64,000 nt of DNA, from positions 1 through 64,000 of the forward strand of contig JYFJ02001842.1 of NCBI GenBank assembly GCA_000934665.2. Reading direction: 5' to 3'. Below, piece after piece: positions 50,601 to 62,600 of the stretch (position 1 is its first letter; each line of letters opens with the position of its first letter). The notes below the pieces were generated by a model. The model had not been told where the DNA came from, made no database searches, and saw only the letters and a program-made list of their open reading frames with translations. Source of the stretch: Catajapyx aquilonaris. Lineage: Eukaryota. Position numbers and translations under genes: made by a program.

Positions 50601-53600
50601 TGGTAGTTGACCCCAAACGCCAGGTTCATTTCTAATTCTGGGATCGATTCCGAGTTCTATATTTGGTACAGCCACTTGTTCCAAAGAGGCGGATCTTTGG
50701 ACGTCAGGCCACAGCACATCATTCAAGTGTTGCAAAGAATCAGTTTGATATCAGATTCCATGCGGTATCTGTACAGTATTAGCTCCACTGCACAGTTGTT
50801 GAGGTTTGCCTGCAGCAGTTGTGTCGTCACCAGTTTAGTTATCGGCGATTTTGTATGTCGAACACGTACTATCCGACATCCGGTGGACATGCCTTTTGCT
50901 TAATCTGATTGCAAGAAATTCCAAGTAATTTACGACACACGATTTCCACTTTTTATTTGGCGCAGGTGTAGTCGCTTTCCCAGCCGCATCAAAGACTCCC
51001 ATTAAAAATTAAGCTTTACTTCTTTTTAGTCACCAATCTGACATGACACCGATGACCAATAAGAAATTTAAAGGGCCAAAAGGGGGAATGTGAAGATTTA
51101 TACTTCTTCCGTCAAATATGCTGTTCACTCACCCGTGACTGCGAATTACTCAGACACGTACACACACCGTACAGATTAGATGAAGTTGAGTGGGTTTGTT
51201 AGATTCCGTATCATTCGCGATGTAAGTTCGGAAGGATGCGGACCTGTGTAGGCGTGCTGTACCGTTCAGAGTATATCCGCTAACCGACCGGAATTCCGAC
51301 CTGGTTCTTCGCTCACGGCCATGGGATAGCATGGAACATCTCTGGGGTTGATCATTCTCCCAGAGCGATCTCGGGGGGAGATTGGAAATGTTTTGGTATA
51401 CCCGGACCGTGTAGTTTATAACGTGTCTTCTGATTCAATCCCGGCGGCATCGATTCGGCGTTGCAGCGCGGTGTAATTGGTCTCTGGCGGCATGGGCAAT
51501 GCATTTCCAATTCTAAGCATCGCCATTAGCACCTGTGCAGGGGTTTAATAGCCTCCGCTGCATTTCCTTAGTGTTGATACAAGTGCCTACCGAGTGATGC
51601 GGGTGTAGCCGACAACATGGGGTTGACGGAGAGCACAGTGGACAAATCCCCGTCGCATGGGGTCAACAGCCCCGCGCCCAAGTCCAAGTCCAACCTGGCT
51701 GTGCACTACCTGCTGGGGGCCCTTCCGCCTATGCCCCAGCCCAAGGGCGGGCGAGGGCCGGCCCCGGGGCAGCACCAGCACGCGCCGCCCAAGAGGAGGG
51801 ACACGGTGCCCATCTTCCAGAAGCCGGACAATAAGCCCAACAGGCTAGTGAAAGGACTGACCGACTCGGACATCCGTAACTCGAACACCTTGCTGCCAAA
51901 TTTCCATCCGACGGACAGTGTGGACAATAAGCGTCCTCAGAAGCAGCAGCACCAGTCCAGATGGGCCAAGAAGGAGCCGAAGCCGAACAAGAGCAGCATC
52001 GCCACTCAGACCACGTTGAACGGTTACCATCGAAGACCTGCCTCGACAGGACCGATCATGGAGGACGCGACAGTGTCGCTGGTCGACGGGAATGACGATC
52101 ACATGCTTGGAGGCGAGTTCACGGGGAAAGTGCTGATGCTGTCCAACTCCATATTTTCGTTCCAAAAAGTGCGGAGGAACCCAAAGGACAAGCGGAAAAG
52201 GAACTATTCCGTTCCTGTGGACCCATTCACCTCCGATGCTGCCAAGATTGCCGGTGCCTCGCTCCACTCAGCAGGTAGGACTCAAGGACTTGCTTTGGGG
52301 ACCACTCTGCATGTCCTCACAAAGGTGGAGGGTTCACCGACTTATCCTATACACACACCCCCAAAGGACACTGCCCAATTCTCTTTATAAATATTGATCA
52401 GGTAGACTGTAGAGTAGTATCTCCATCGCTTTTTATGACGAAGAAACAGTGCATGGCAGACACAATTTTTGGGGGAGAAGGGACGTAGTGTATATTTGTC
52501 AGTTGCAGTGCCGCAGAACAACTAGTTTATTCGTGGAAAAAAGGGAAGTAATTTGGTCCCTCTTGGCATGGAGACTTGCTGCTATGGGAGCAACCATTTC
52601 ATAATTCATGGTTGTGTGTTCACAAGGGTACGATCCTGGCTTGCGTCGGAGGGGAAGAGAAACGCAATGAATATCCATCGCGTTGCGTGCATTATGAATG
52701 GAATATACGCTTCACTTTTCCACCCGATTTTCCCATACGGGCCAGGTGATTGCACTAATATTGTGCACCCTTCCCCCATGATTCAGGCTCACCAACTTGA
52801 TTACTAACAAGCGCATTTGTGTGTAATAGTGCAACTTAAATAATGAAATGTTAGAACGAAGATGTTGGGGAAGACGTTCAATCACAGATGATGGCTATTC
52901 CGAGCCCGGATTTTTTTGTAAGTTTTCTGATGACAATTGATCAATAGACCATCCTCCTCGTTCTTCCAATCCATATTAGGACCCAGCCAAGTTTGAAGTA
53001 TAGATGATTAAAAATATGAAGACTCTCTCTAAGAGGACTAGTCTCTGGAGGAGGGATAAAAAGGGTTTGGGGGAGGGGGGGGGGGAAGCTCAGGGTATCA
53101 TGTCAGATGATTCATTATTTTGTGATAGGAATGGCAGTAGTATGAGTTTTATCGCAATACTTCATTTGAGGCTGAAGAGAGGATGAGTGACACGTCTCGG
53201 AGAGACCAATTATTGGTCGGGAGAAAAGTCTGTCTATTCCAGTTATGAATTATAGCTGTACCTGAATCTGCACTCAGCGCCGCAATGAGAATTCCGCAGT
53301 GAGAACTGTCGAGTATAGTGCCAGAAACTTCACACGGGAAACCTGATAGTCCCATTATTATTGCAAAATTATCAGAGTCAGGAAGGGAATGGTTATTCCG
53401 TCGATTCGAAGAAGCCTGTTGGAGTGTAGGCGGCGCTGCGCTGTAGGTGCGAAAATAGAGTAGTGTTGCAAGTTCTGTGATAATGACCCAGCCACGCACA
53501 AGAATTTAATCAGCCTGTTTATACTTGCTACACGTGGCAATCTTATAGCCTTCGCATGGTTGAATTGAGTGTTACGACGTGTTGACAATTTCGCAACCCA

Positions 53601-56600
53601 CGTGTAGGCGTCTGGGCCTATTCACAAAGCCGTAAAACGAAGTTGACAGACTGCGTATAATAAATTTTGCGGATGCAAATTCGGAATGGGAAACTGCTGT
53701 CGACAGCACAGAATAGTTGAGAGAACCATTCTTGCACGTAAACAATGGCATATCCTTGAAACGACGGTGCCATGCATACATCCAGCACGTTGCGTCCTTC
53801 GATGGTCAGGTCGCTCGTTGCTGATGGTGGTGGCAGAAGAGGCTGAGGGGGGAGAGACGTTCTCGAATGCTAATGGTGTCCCACATCTCCATGAAGAATT
53901 GAAGAGAGCTGAGGGAGCGTGAAATTTTTATTGTGTACACCCGCATTCTAGTTGTTCTCCTGCAGGTGAAGCAGGAAAAGGCAAGCGTGTCGAAGTGGGA
54001 AGCAAGGAGAAAATTTCCCAATGAAAATGGCGTGGGAAGGAATAAATTGGTTTCCGCGCTGCCAGCCATAGCAAAAATAGGCCTTGGTGCAGCTGAAGTA
54101 AAGGCCTTTTGACTGGATTGTTTTGAGCCTGTCAGAAAGCTGCGAAAAAGCAAAAAAAAAGGGGCGAATTGTTTACAGCTATTTCGATGCTACGATACGG
54201 GCCGTAATTACACGCTTTTAGCACGCTATTCAGCGCAAAAAGGATATATTTTGGTTTTATGCAAGTTATTTGGCGAAATGGTGTCCGGAGGCATCCGGAT
54301 TTCCGTCGAATTGGCCACTTGAAAAAGGTGCCACAGTTCACGAACCGAATAAGTGTTCTTGAAAGGCGTGGCTTTCGACCTAGTTTGTCTGAAATATTTG
54401 CAATTACGGCGACCCCTAACACTGCTGGATGCTGGGAGGTCCCTTAATGTGTCCAATATCGGCAAAAGTGAGGCGTCGGAGAGCGTTAATTCATTCAGGG
54501 AAAGTCGCGCTCCTGCCAAGAATTTTCATCGGATGAAAAGTGTAATTATGAATATCGGATTCCGTAGCCAAGTTGCAGGATTCGAGCGAGAATTGTTCCT
54601 TTATTCACTTGCACATGTTTGTCAGGTTTTGGCAAGTGGACCGGTATGTTCCCGTGTCTATTTCTGCCCTCCAGTTCTTTTGAGACAGGGTGCGCGATAT
54701 GCAGAAGAGTTGCCGCCAAGACAGATCCGTGCAGTCTTGGAGAGGCTTCAAGGGTGCCGGATATTTGGTTGAACGTGCTCCGGAGAAGAAAAAGGCCCGG
54801 AGGCACCGGAATCGGGCGCAATTAGCGAGTTGCTGGCCAGTTCCACTAATTGCTTTTGGTGATGCCCCAGGTTGAATGGGGAGGCTCCAGCAGGAGTGAA
54901 GTGTAGCGCACAATAGAAATCGTGCTGGATTGGCCCTGAGAGATGGAGGAAGAGCCATCATCCAGCAGCGGAAATAAGGGGACAGGAATCCATCGGTCGT
55001 CCGTACTTTTGAAGCTGAGCAAGCCGACCACTTCCATATACCTTTCGTATTCCCCGAAGGAGAAGTGTTTCCGTGTGGCCTTCATCGTGTTAGGTGTGTG
55101 TTTGCATCCTGCAGAGTCGCATGCCTTACCCTGGCCTTTTAGCAGTTTGACACCAGTTTGCATAGTCTGCATAGCATAGAAATGGCTCTCCTAATGCGGG
55201 GGACTCTTGCTCAGTGCGCTGGAAAGTGATGTACTACAGTAGGTCAGGTTCGTGCGCAGTGTCACAGAGAGCTACAGAGTAATCAAACTGATTTAAGACC
55301 TGTTTGCAAAGGGGCTGCTGCTGCTTGGAGGGACGTCACTGAATGATTGCTGCTGGGAACTTGGAAGGTTACGTCGGTTGAGTAAGTGCGTGACCGTAAT
55401 GGTATTGGGGAGGGTAATGCGGTAATATGGCCCTAATGAACCCGGGAGGGCGTAAGCTTATTAGAGAAGGTGAGTCCCTGGTTCCCGTTAAACTGATTTA
55501 ATCCGGTATGAGATATAAGCACGTTGCGAGGTTCTTCACGTTTCGTCGCAGAGTACGGAGCTTTCAGGCAGGATATTGGTGCATGATTCTGGAGGTAGAA
55601 CTAATACTGTATCGAGTGTGTTTTTGGATTGTCTGTGTAGCGAACGGCTCTGCATTATTTATTATGAAAAGGGATCATAAAATAATTAAAGCAGCAGTAT
55701 ATAGAAAGACCACTGAAAATCACACCGGGTGTTGAATTATACAGGGTAGTGTCAAGCACATTCTCCTTCATTTCATATACAGTATATTGCACTAATTGCA
55801 GCTTACTAATCGTATGAGTAAACTATGAAACACTTTAGCCATAAAATTAAATGGCCTGTAGTAAGTTTAATAACTGGTTATATTGCCGTGATTTATTAGT
55901 TATTAGGTATTAGGGTCGTCAAAATTTATTATTCGTCTTTCACATTGAAGGTTTACAACCCGACAATAATTTGACGTCTACAAACTCTACATCGATGAGC
56001 TGTTTTTGTCACATCAAGAACTTTGTTCGTCAACGACATTTTTTGTTTCCATGTGTACCACAAAAATTGAAGATCTGTTCAAGTGAAAGTCCAAGTACTT
56101 TTTGGTTAGAGACAACGTAAACTGAGCCCCCATTTTGGGCGGCGGTATTTTGTAGCTGCATCGTTTTCCGGAGAAAAGGGAGGAAAAGGTGCCTAACACT
56201 TGAAAGATATACTCGTACTTTCCCAGGCTGTCGAATTTATGGCGACATTTCAGTGACCCGTTTCCCCATCCAATACAATAAATGCGTGCATCTCTGTAAT
56301 TGCTCTCGAGTAAATATAGCCTAGATCTGAAAGAGCTCGGAACAGGGCCTTCACTCTCGCTCGATTTTACGAGCAAGTAAACTCGGAATGGAGGTCTGGA
56401 TTTTCTCGAATTTAATTGCAGCAGAGCTTGTTGACGGTGCGAATGCAGCTTTTCTGCGGATAGATCGTGATTGTGGTGTCTCTTGTCAATTATGACGAGG
56501 GGCGAGGGGAATCTATTGGCATATATAGCCTGCATAATGCCCGTATATTCACGGGGAGGATGGGATCATTGCTTCGTCCCAGGTAATCGACCGTAACGTA

Positions 56601-59600
56601 ATACCTGCCTATTTTTGGTTCCGGATGTTTCCCAGAGGGATTACGTATAGAGCAGGTAGCATGGGTCTGATTTGCAAACGGTGTGAAGCTTTTTGCTCGC
56701 AGCAGACGTATATTTTCTTAGTGAAAAAACGACAGCGGGGAGAGAGAAAAGTTGACAGAAATAGCCGACGAGGAGCAGTGACCCATCTTACCGGTATAAG
56801 AAAAATGTCCAACAAATGTCTGACAAAACTTTGCTGGCGAGCCGGATCCTCCTTTTCAATTCGGGTGTAACGACGCTCGTTTCATTTGGACAAATCTCCC
56901 TCAAATGGCGGATACAGCAGGGCGCGTCTCTGTCTCCAAAAAAAAATAGAGAGGCTATCAAAGTTGTAATGATGTTGACCGCTGCACTCGACACTTGTAG
57001 TGCCTTTTATAGATCCGGCAATTGACGAAATTGTGTCTATTACATCACTCGTGCTGCAGGATGATCAGTGCATGGCGCCATTAACGGGCAGGTTGCATTT
57101 AAAATATCTGGAGCTGGAAACTAGATCATATGAAACCAATCAGCTAAGCCTGATTGCTTTTCGTACTATAGCTTGCCACATGGCGGAGTTCATGCTTTAA
57201 GTTGATTACCTGCATACCAGCAGAGGAATGGTTCAACATGGTAGGAGTATGTTGATGTAACGTACACGGTTTGCTATACTTGGAAAGGGGGGGAAATCCG
57301 CTGTGTTTTTCTGTATATTTCTGATTCAATGTCATGTATTTGGTAACAGTTGGCATACGAAGGTCGACCTTGTAATGCGGGTTGGGAAATAGCTTAACTC
57401 ATCCATGATACTGATTTAAAATCAGTTCCTGATATTTGAAGCGGGAGTTTTCCTTTAAAGAGCGACGGGTACTGTACAGTATCGTGCAGTGGATAAGCTG
57501 CTGGTTTAGTAATATTTGCAAACTTAATAGCTGCCTTCCTCGTTCGGTTGCAGTGGAACTGTAGAGCAGTTTAGGCTGAAGGGTGGTGCAGAATTCAGAA
57601 GGCGGACTTGCCTTCATGCAATGCAATGAGTGTCTTTTCTATACGTTATGCACAACACTGTCGTCACTGCGACATTTCCACCGCTGCAGAAAGTTGGGAC
57701 GCACAAGCGGTGCCAGATAATTTGGAGGTTCCTAGGTTCCTCATTCACTGGAGTTAGGGAGACTCCGGGGAACAAATAACACGGCCTTGGTCGACTTGAA
57801 AATAATTATACATTGTGCAGTACCTACGCAGTCCCAGCCACTATCCAGCTGCTGGGTTCCGTCTGGTTATGTTCAGTCAATTGTCGTTATTGAATGTTTT
57901 ATTCAGAAACATATGTGGCCACGATTCTCGTCCTGGCGTGCTGATCAGCACCAAGGCCACACCTTCGGTTTCACATATATAGGCTGCATTTCTGAATGCC
58001 GTTAATGGAATGCAGCATAATGTTGGCCAAACTGCTGCGTAGAGTGGCAAATATTATTATTTGTCAGCTGTACACTCTTGAAATGGGCGCAACTCTGGAT
58101 TATAACACATACCGTACTGATGAACAACAAAACGCGAAATCGATTCATATCTATAATTGGCCAAATCCGGTGCGTGATAGGTAAATAAACTATGAATAAA
58201 TGATTGTGCGTTTTCAAACCGATCGCGATCCCAGCGGCAGCAGTTTCATTTTAAACACTCGGGTAAAATTGCAAAAGTCCCAAAAGTGTGGCTGATTTAA
58301 TCTGGACTGATTCGCAAGGGGGGTTTCGAGCTGAAAAAGGTCTTGGGGAGCCCGAAACCAATCAGCATTCTGGAAACTTTTTCAATGGCCCGTGGCCACC
58401 GGATGACACGGAAGAACATCTGTGGACAGGCCATCTTCCGGAAGAAAGCTCTCCGGATTTTCACTCGCTTAGGTAATTGCGAGTGGTCTCCGGAAACTCT
58501 GTGCAGTACTGCCTGCAGGAGACATTTTCCTTCTGCCAGACCTCATTTCCAGCGAACGTTTCCTTTTTCCCCATTATTTCCACCCACCCAAAGCTTGGCT
58601 TCGACTATATACTGAGCACTGGAAATGTGACCCACTCCAGGGAATTATGGTTGTGAGTTGACCTGATGGATGTATTTTTGTGTCTCTTTTCAGACTGCAA
58701 CTTCACGTGCCACCAGGGATGTCGACAGGCCGTGACCCTCGATTGCGAAAGTTTAGAGCAGAGGTCACCTAGCGATGCCTGTTGCTCCCATCCTGACCTG
58801 GCCTCGCTTCTTCCACCGGAGGGACATCAGGTGCAGGTCGAGGAGGTCACCGAGGCCCACCTAGAGGCGGAGATACAAGAGGTTCCTCCTTCGGTGGGTC
58901 ACTTTGTCTATATGCACCTGTCAAGTCGATCAAGTTGAAGGTTCAAATTAAAAATTAAATAGCAATTTAAAAACTGCTGTCGCGAGCAAGCTTTGCATTT
59001 CCTTGCCAAAATTGCGCCAATTTGCATTCACGGAAGCGTGATGCACGTCTATTCTAATGGCTTTCGTTGACTGCCCTTCATTGTGGATGGGAGAGCAATG
59101 TAATGCCCGGAAATGAGTCTATAACCGAATCCAGATCCAGTTTCCGGTTACCTGGTCCGACAGGTGCCATGTCACGTCACGTTTGCTGCTGTATCGGTCC
59201 GAGTTCGACGATCCGATCGGGTCATGCACCTTTGCAAAGCGCGCGCTCTCTATAGCCAAAGTATTAGTCATCGAGGCCTTCCCTATGATATGCGGAAAGG
59301 CTATTGGATAGTCTGCCTATCGACGGTTGGCTAGACCCCCCCGCTCCCATCAGAAACACGTCACACAAACTTATTGACCACACTGCAAACTAGATCGGAC
59401 CTTGCTCTTGCCACACATTCGATGGTTTCCTGCCGTCCAACATGGTGTTTCGAACTCTGCTATCGGTGTTCCAGCCTTGTATCTCCAGTCGATTCCCAGC
59501 CTTTCAGTGCTATCGGGACGAAAACGGGAATTTTGTAAGCGCGGGCAGGAGGGTATACTATAGAAGTGACACACTTTCGTCCCGAATGACATATTGTCCT

Positions 59601-62600
59601 TGCCATTTTCAGCCTGAAGAGGAGGAGAGTAAATCGGAGGATGTTGAGCCGGAAGGTCGTAACTTGGCCGTCCGAATCCAGTATTACAACAGCCATGCAG
59701 CTCATGGATTGGAGATGACTCTGGTAGGTGGTCTCCATTAGCCTGCATTGTCGTTCCAGTTGTAAATGCCCCCGATTTTTGTATGCATGAGACTCATTTC
59801 GGGGCCATTATTTTTTGACCGATCCGAAGGTTTCGTAATGCACCGTGTCGCAACGGAAGCATTAAATGAAGTTGTGGAGATTCCACCTAAATCGATGTGA
59901 TCGATCTTTTGTGTATTATTGGACAACCTTGGCCTGTTAAACCACGCTAGAAAAATAATGTCAACCGCATTGTACCTGGTGACGTGCAATAAATGTGGTT
60001 GAAAAAAACCGCGATGACGGAAGTGTAACTTCCTGTCTGGCTGTTATCACCGGAACTGGAGTGGATATACCGCAAAGAAGGATCGCGGGGACCAACATCC
60101 CGTAGTAAGTTGTTAGACGTCGAGAACTTTGACACGGCTTCGCACCGGGGTTGATTGGAATATTAATCAGTTGGGTAGGATACGGGCATCGATTCGGGGG
60201 AACAAAAAGGTTTTGTAGGGACCATGGCGACGGGTGTGGACGACGGGGTTTTGCAACGTCGGCTGCCGACCTTGCCCAAGGACTCCAAAGACAAAGTATG
60301 CTGGAAAATTGATTTAAGGGCGGACGTCATCTGCTGGTTATGCCACCCACTGTAGTTTTAGGTGTTCCTCTGGGGGCGTCTGGGCAGGACCGTGTGATTC
60401 TAGGGAGGTCCTTGCGAATCATTAAATTGTGGGTATCGGGTGGGTGCTGTAGCACCTTGAGCGGCAGCCAGAAGCCTGGTAGAATGTATTTGGTGTGCGG
60501 GGGGAATGAGGGCAATTGGATTTTAGCTCGTGGCCGAGGCGATGTAATTGCATCTAGTATTTTGCGCGTGTATGTGCAGTCGGCTCGAGTGAAATTCTTG
60601 CTTGCTCACCAGAGTAACACATATCCACACAAAAATTTCAGTGTAACCTAGATCATTTTTTTGGGCAGGCTCCCAATTCAGAGTAATTGGCCTCCTTTTT
60701 TAAATGTTGGGTTCCGTATTTTTGTTGGCCTGATGGAAAGGTGGGCCTATGTGGTATTTTTTTTAATGTATGTGTTTGATGGAGCGGCGAGTTCGCGTGT
60801 GGGGAAGTTGACTCGGCCCGGACATATACCTAGAGGGAATTGCCGACTATTTCTGGTGCTTGTGTGGAAAGGAGGTCGATGTGTATCACTGCACACCAAC
60901 CACTCTCATCTAACGCCAATAAAACCAGCCCTTTACCATGCTGGACTATATAATAGCAGTTTAAATTTTATTAATGTGCACTTAAATCAAAGGAGAACCG
61001 GAATGTATGGGCATGAAATTCAGGGAAATAATATTATACCTGTTAGCGGTTATTTGTTACCCTTAAATTATGGTGATTAAAATTTTCCATCAACTTACAG
61101 GAAGCAGATGGAACTACATTCCGTGGCTTCATTCGGGTGCACCTGAACTTGACCAGACCAATCAACGTGGTTGCAGGGACCCGCCCCCCTTCAATTTATG
61201 ACATCTTGAAGGAAGATGACACTCTGGAGAAGAAGACTCTCACCACCTTCTACCTGCCAAGGGACACAGTCAGAGCACTACATGTCACCAGGTATGCCAG
61301 AAGTGGATGCAAGCAGATAGGTGAAACCAATAGGTTGTTCACTAACCTGATTGGTGTTTGTAAGAAATACAGTAGAACCCCGATTATCCGTCACCTACGG
61401 GACTGGGGCATTGTTGGAGAACAGAAACGGTCGGATAATCCGAAGAGCAAAGGAAAACACAACAAAAAGCATATAAAATCATGAAATAATGCACAATATT
61501 ACGCTTATGAGCTTTTCTAAGAAATAGTGAAGGATTTATCTTTTACGTTCACACTCTGGTGTTTAAAATTTAACTAAGGCAATACAAAACAAATGATTAG
61601 TAGGCCTGCATTACAGTATTTAATGAGCAAAGATGCATTTATTGCTGGAGTGGGACTGTCAGATAAATGGGGTTCTATCTACTGTCGGTGATATGAAAGG
61701 TTTGTGGGAAGATGATATGATCATTATTCTTTAGCCCTCAGCCAATTGACTGTCACTACTAATATCACCTCAACCCATTTTTCACATAACATGTATGAGC
61801 TTAAGAATTAGGAGTCAATTAAAACCTGAAGTGCATTATGAATTATTACTATAGACTGCACCGTGTCACAAGATGCACTCCAGATGTGCACTGCATAAGC
61901 TTACCTTATACAGTTATACTGCATAATTCACTGCATTCTAACGTACTGCAATGTCTGTAAAGAAATTTTTGGGCCAGGGAGTTATTTTCGGTTGCCAGAA
62001 AATGTTTGGCAATAAGCCTGTCGTTAGTGGGATTAACTAATATTTTGGGTGATATGGATGCCTCCTGAAGCCATCTTAGCAGTGGCGGATTTACGCATGT
62101 GCGGAGTGTGCGGCCGCACAAGGCCCAACGGAAAATGGGGGCCCAACGACGCGGACGTAAAAAGTAAATAAATAATAAAATAAATAAAAATGCCGGCCAA
62201 GGTGGATTGCCCGTGCAAAGGAGATATTATTTTGTTAAGGTGAATTTGGTGGATAGCAAAAATCGTAATATTTGAATATGTCCAATCGAATGCTACTGAC
62301 ACAACAAATGAAGATCTGCACGCCACATAAATGCCGCATTACCCATCCCAAAACACCCCAGCTCGCCTATAAGCTTGTGTGACCTTGAACCCCAAAAAAC
62401 TATGTTCTGGGATTTTTTTTGACAGTTAGGGACTTTTTCCCTGTACATTTAGGGATAACCTCATCGTTGGGTCTGGCAACACTGGATCACATGACAGGGG
62501 GCCTCACCGATTTTTGCACAGGGCCCCAGGAAGGGAAAATCCGCCCCTGCATCTTAGATTGCAGTAATCAATGCACAGATACTAGAAACGAGACCATGGC

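Noticed and set aside
50536..56793. Further MG-start phase-1 candidates (MGAKNTS at 50536; MGLICKRC at 56661)
   Set aside because: Weak donor sites; expected by chance in a 17-kb intron.
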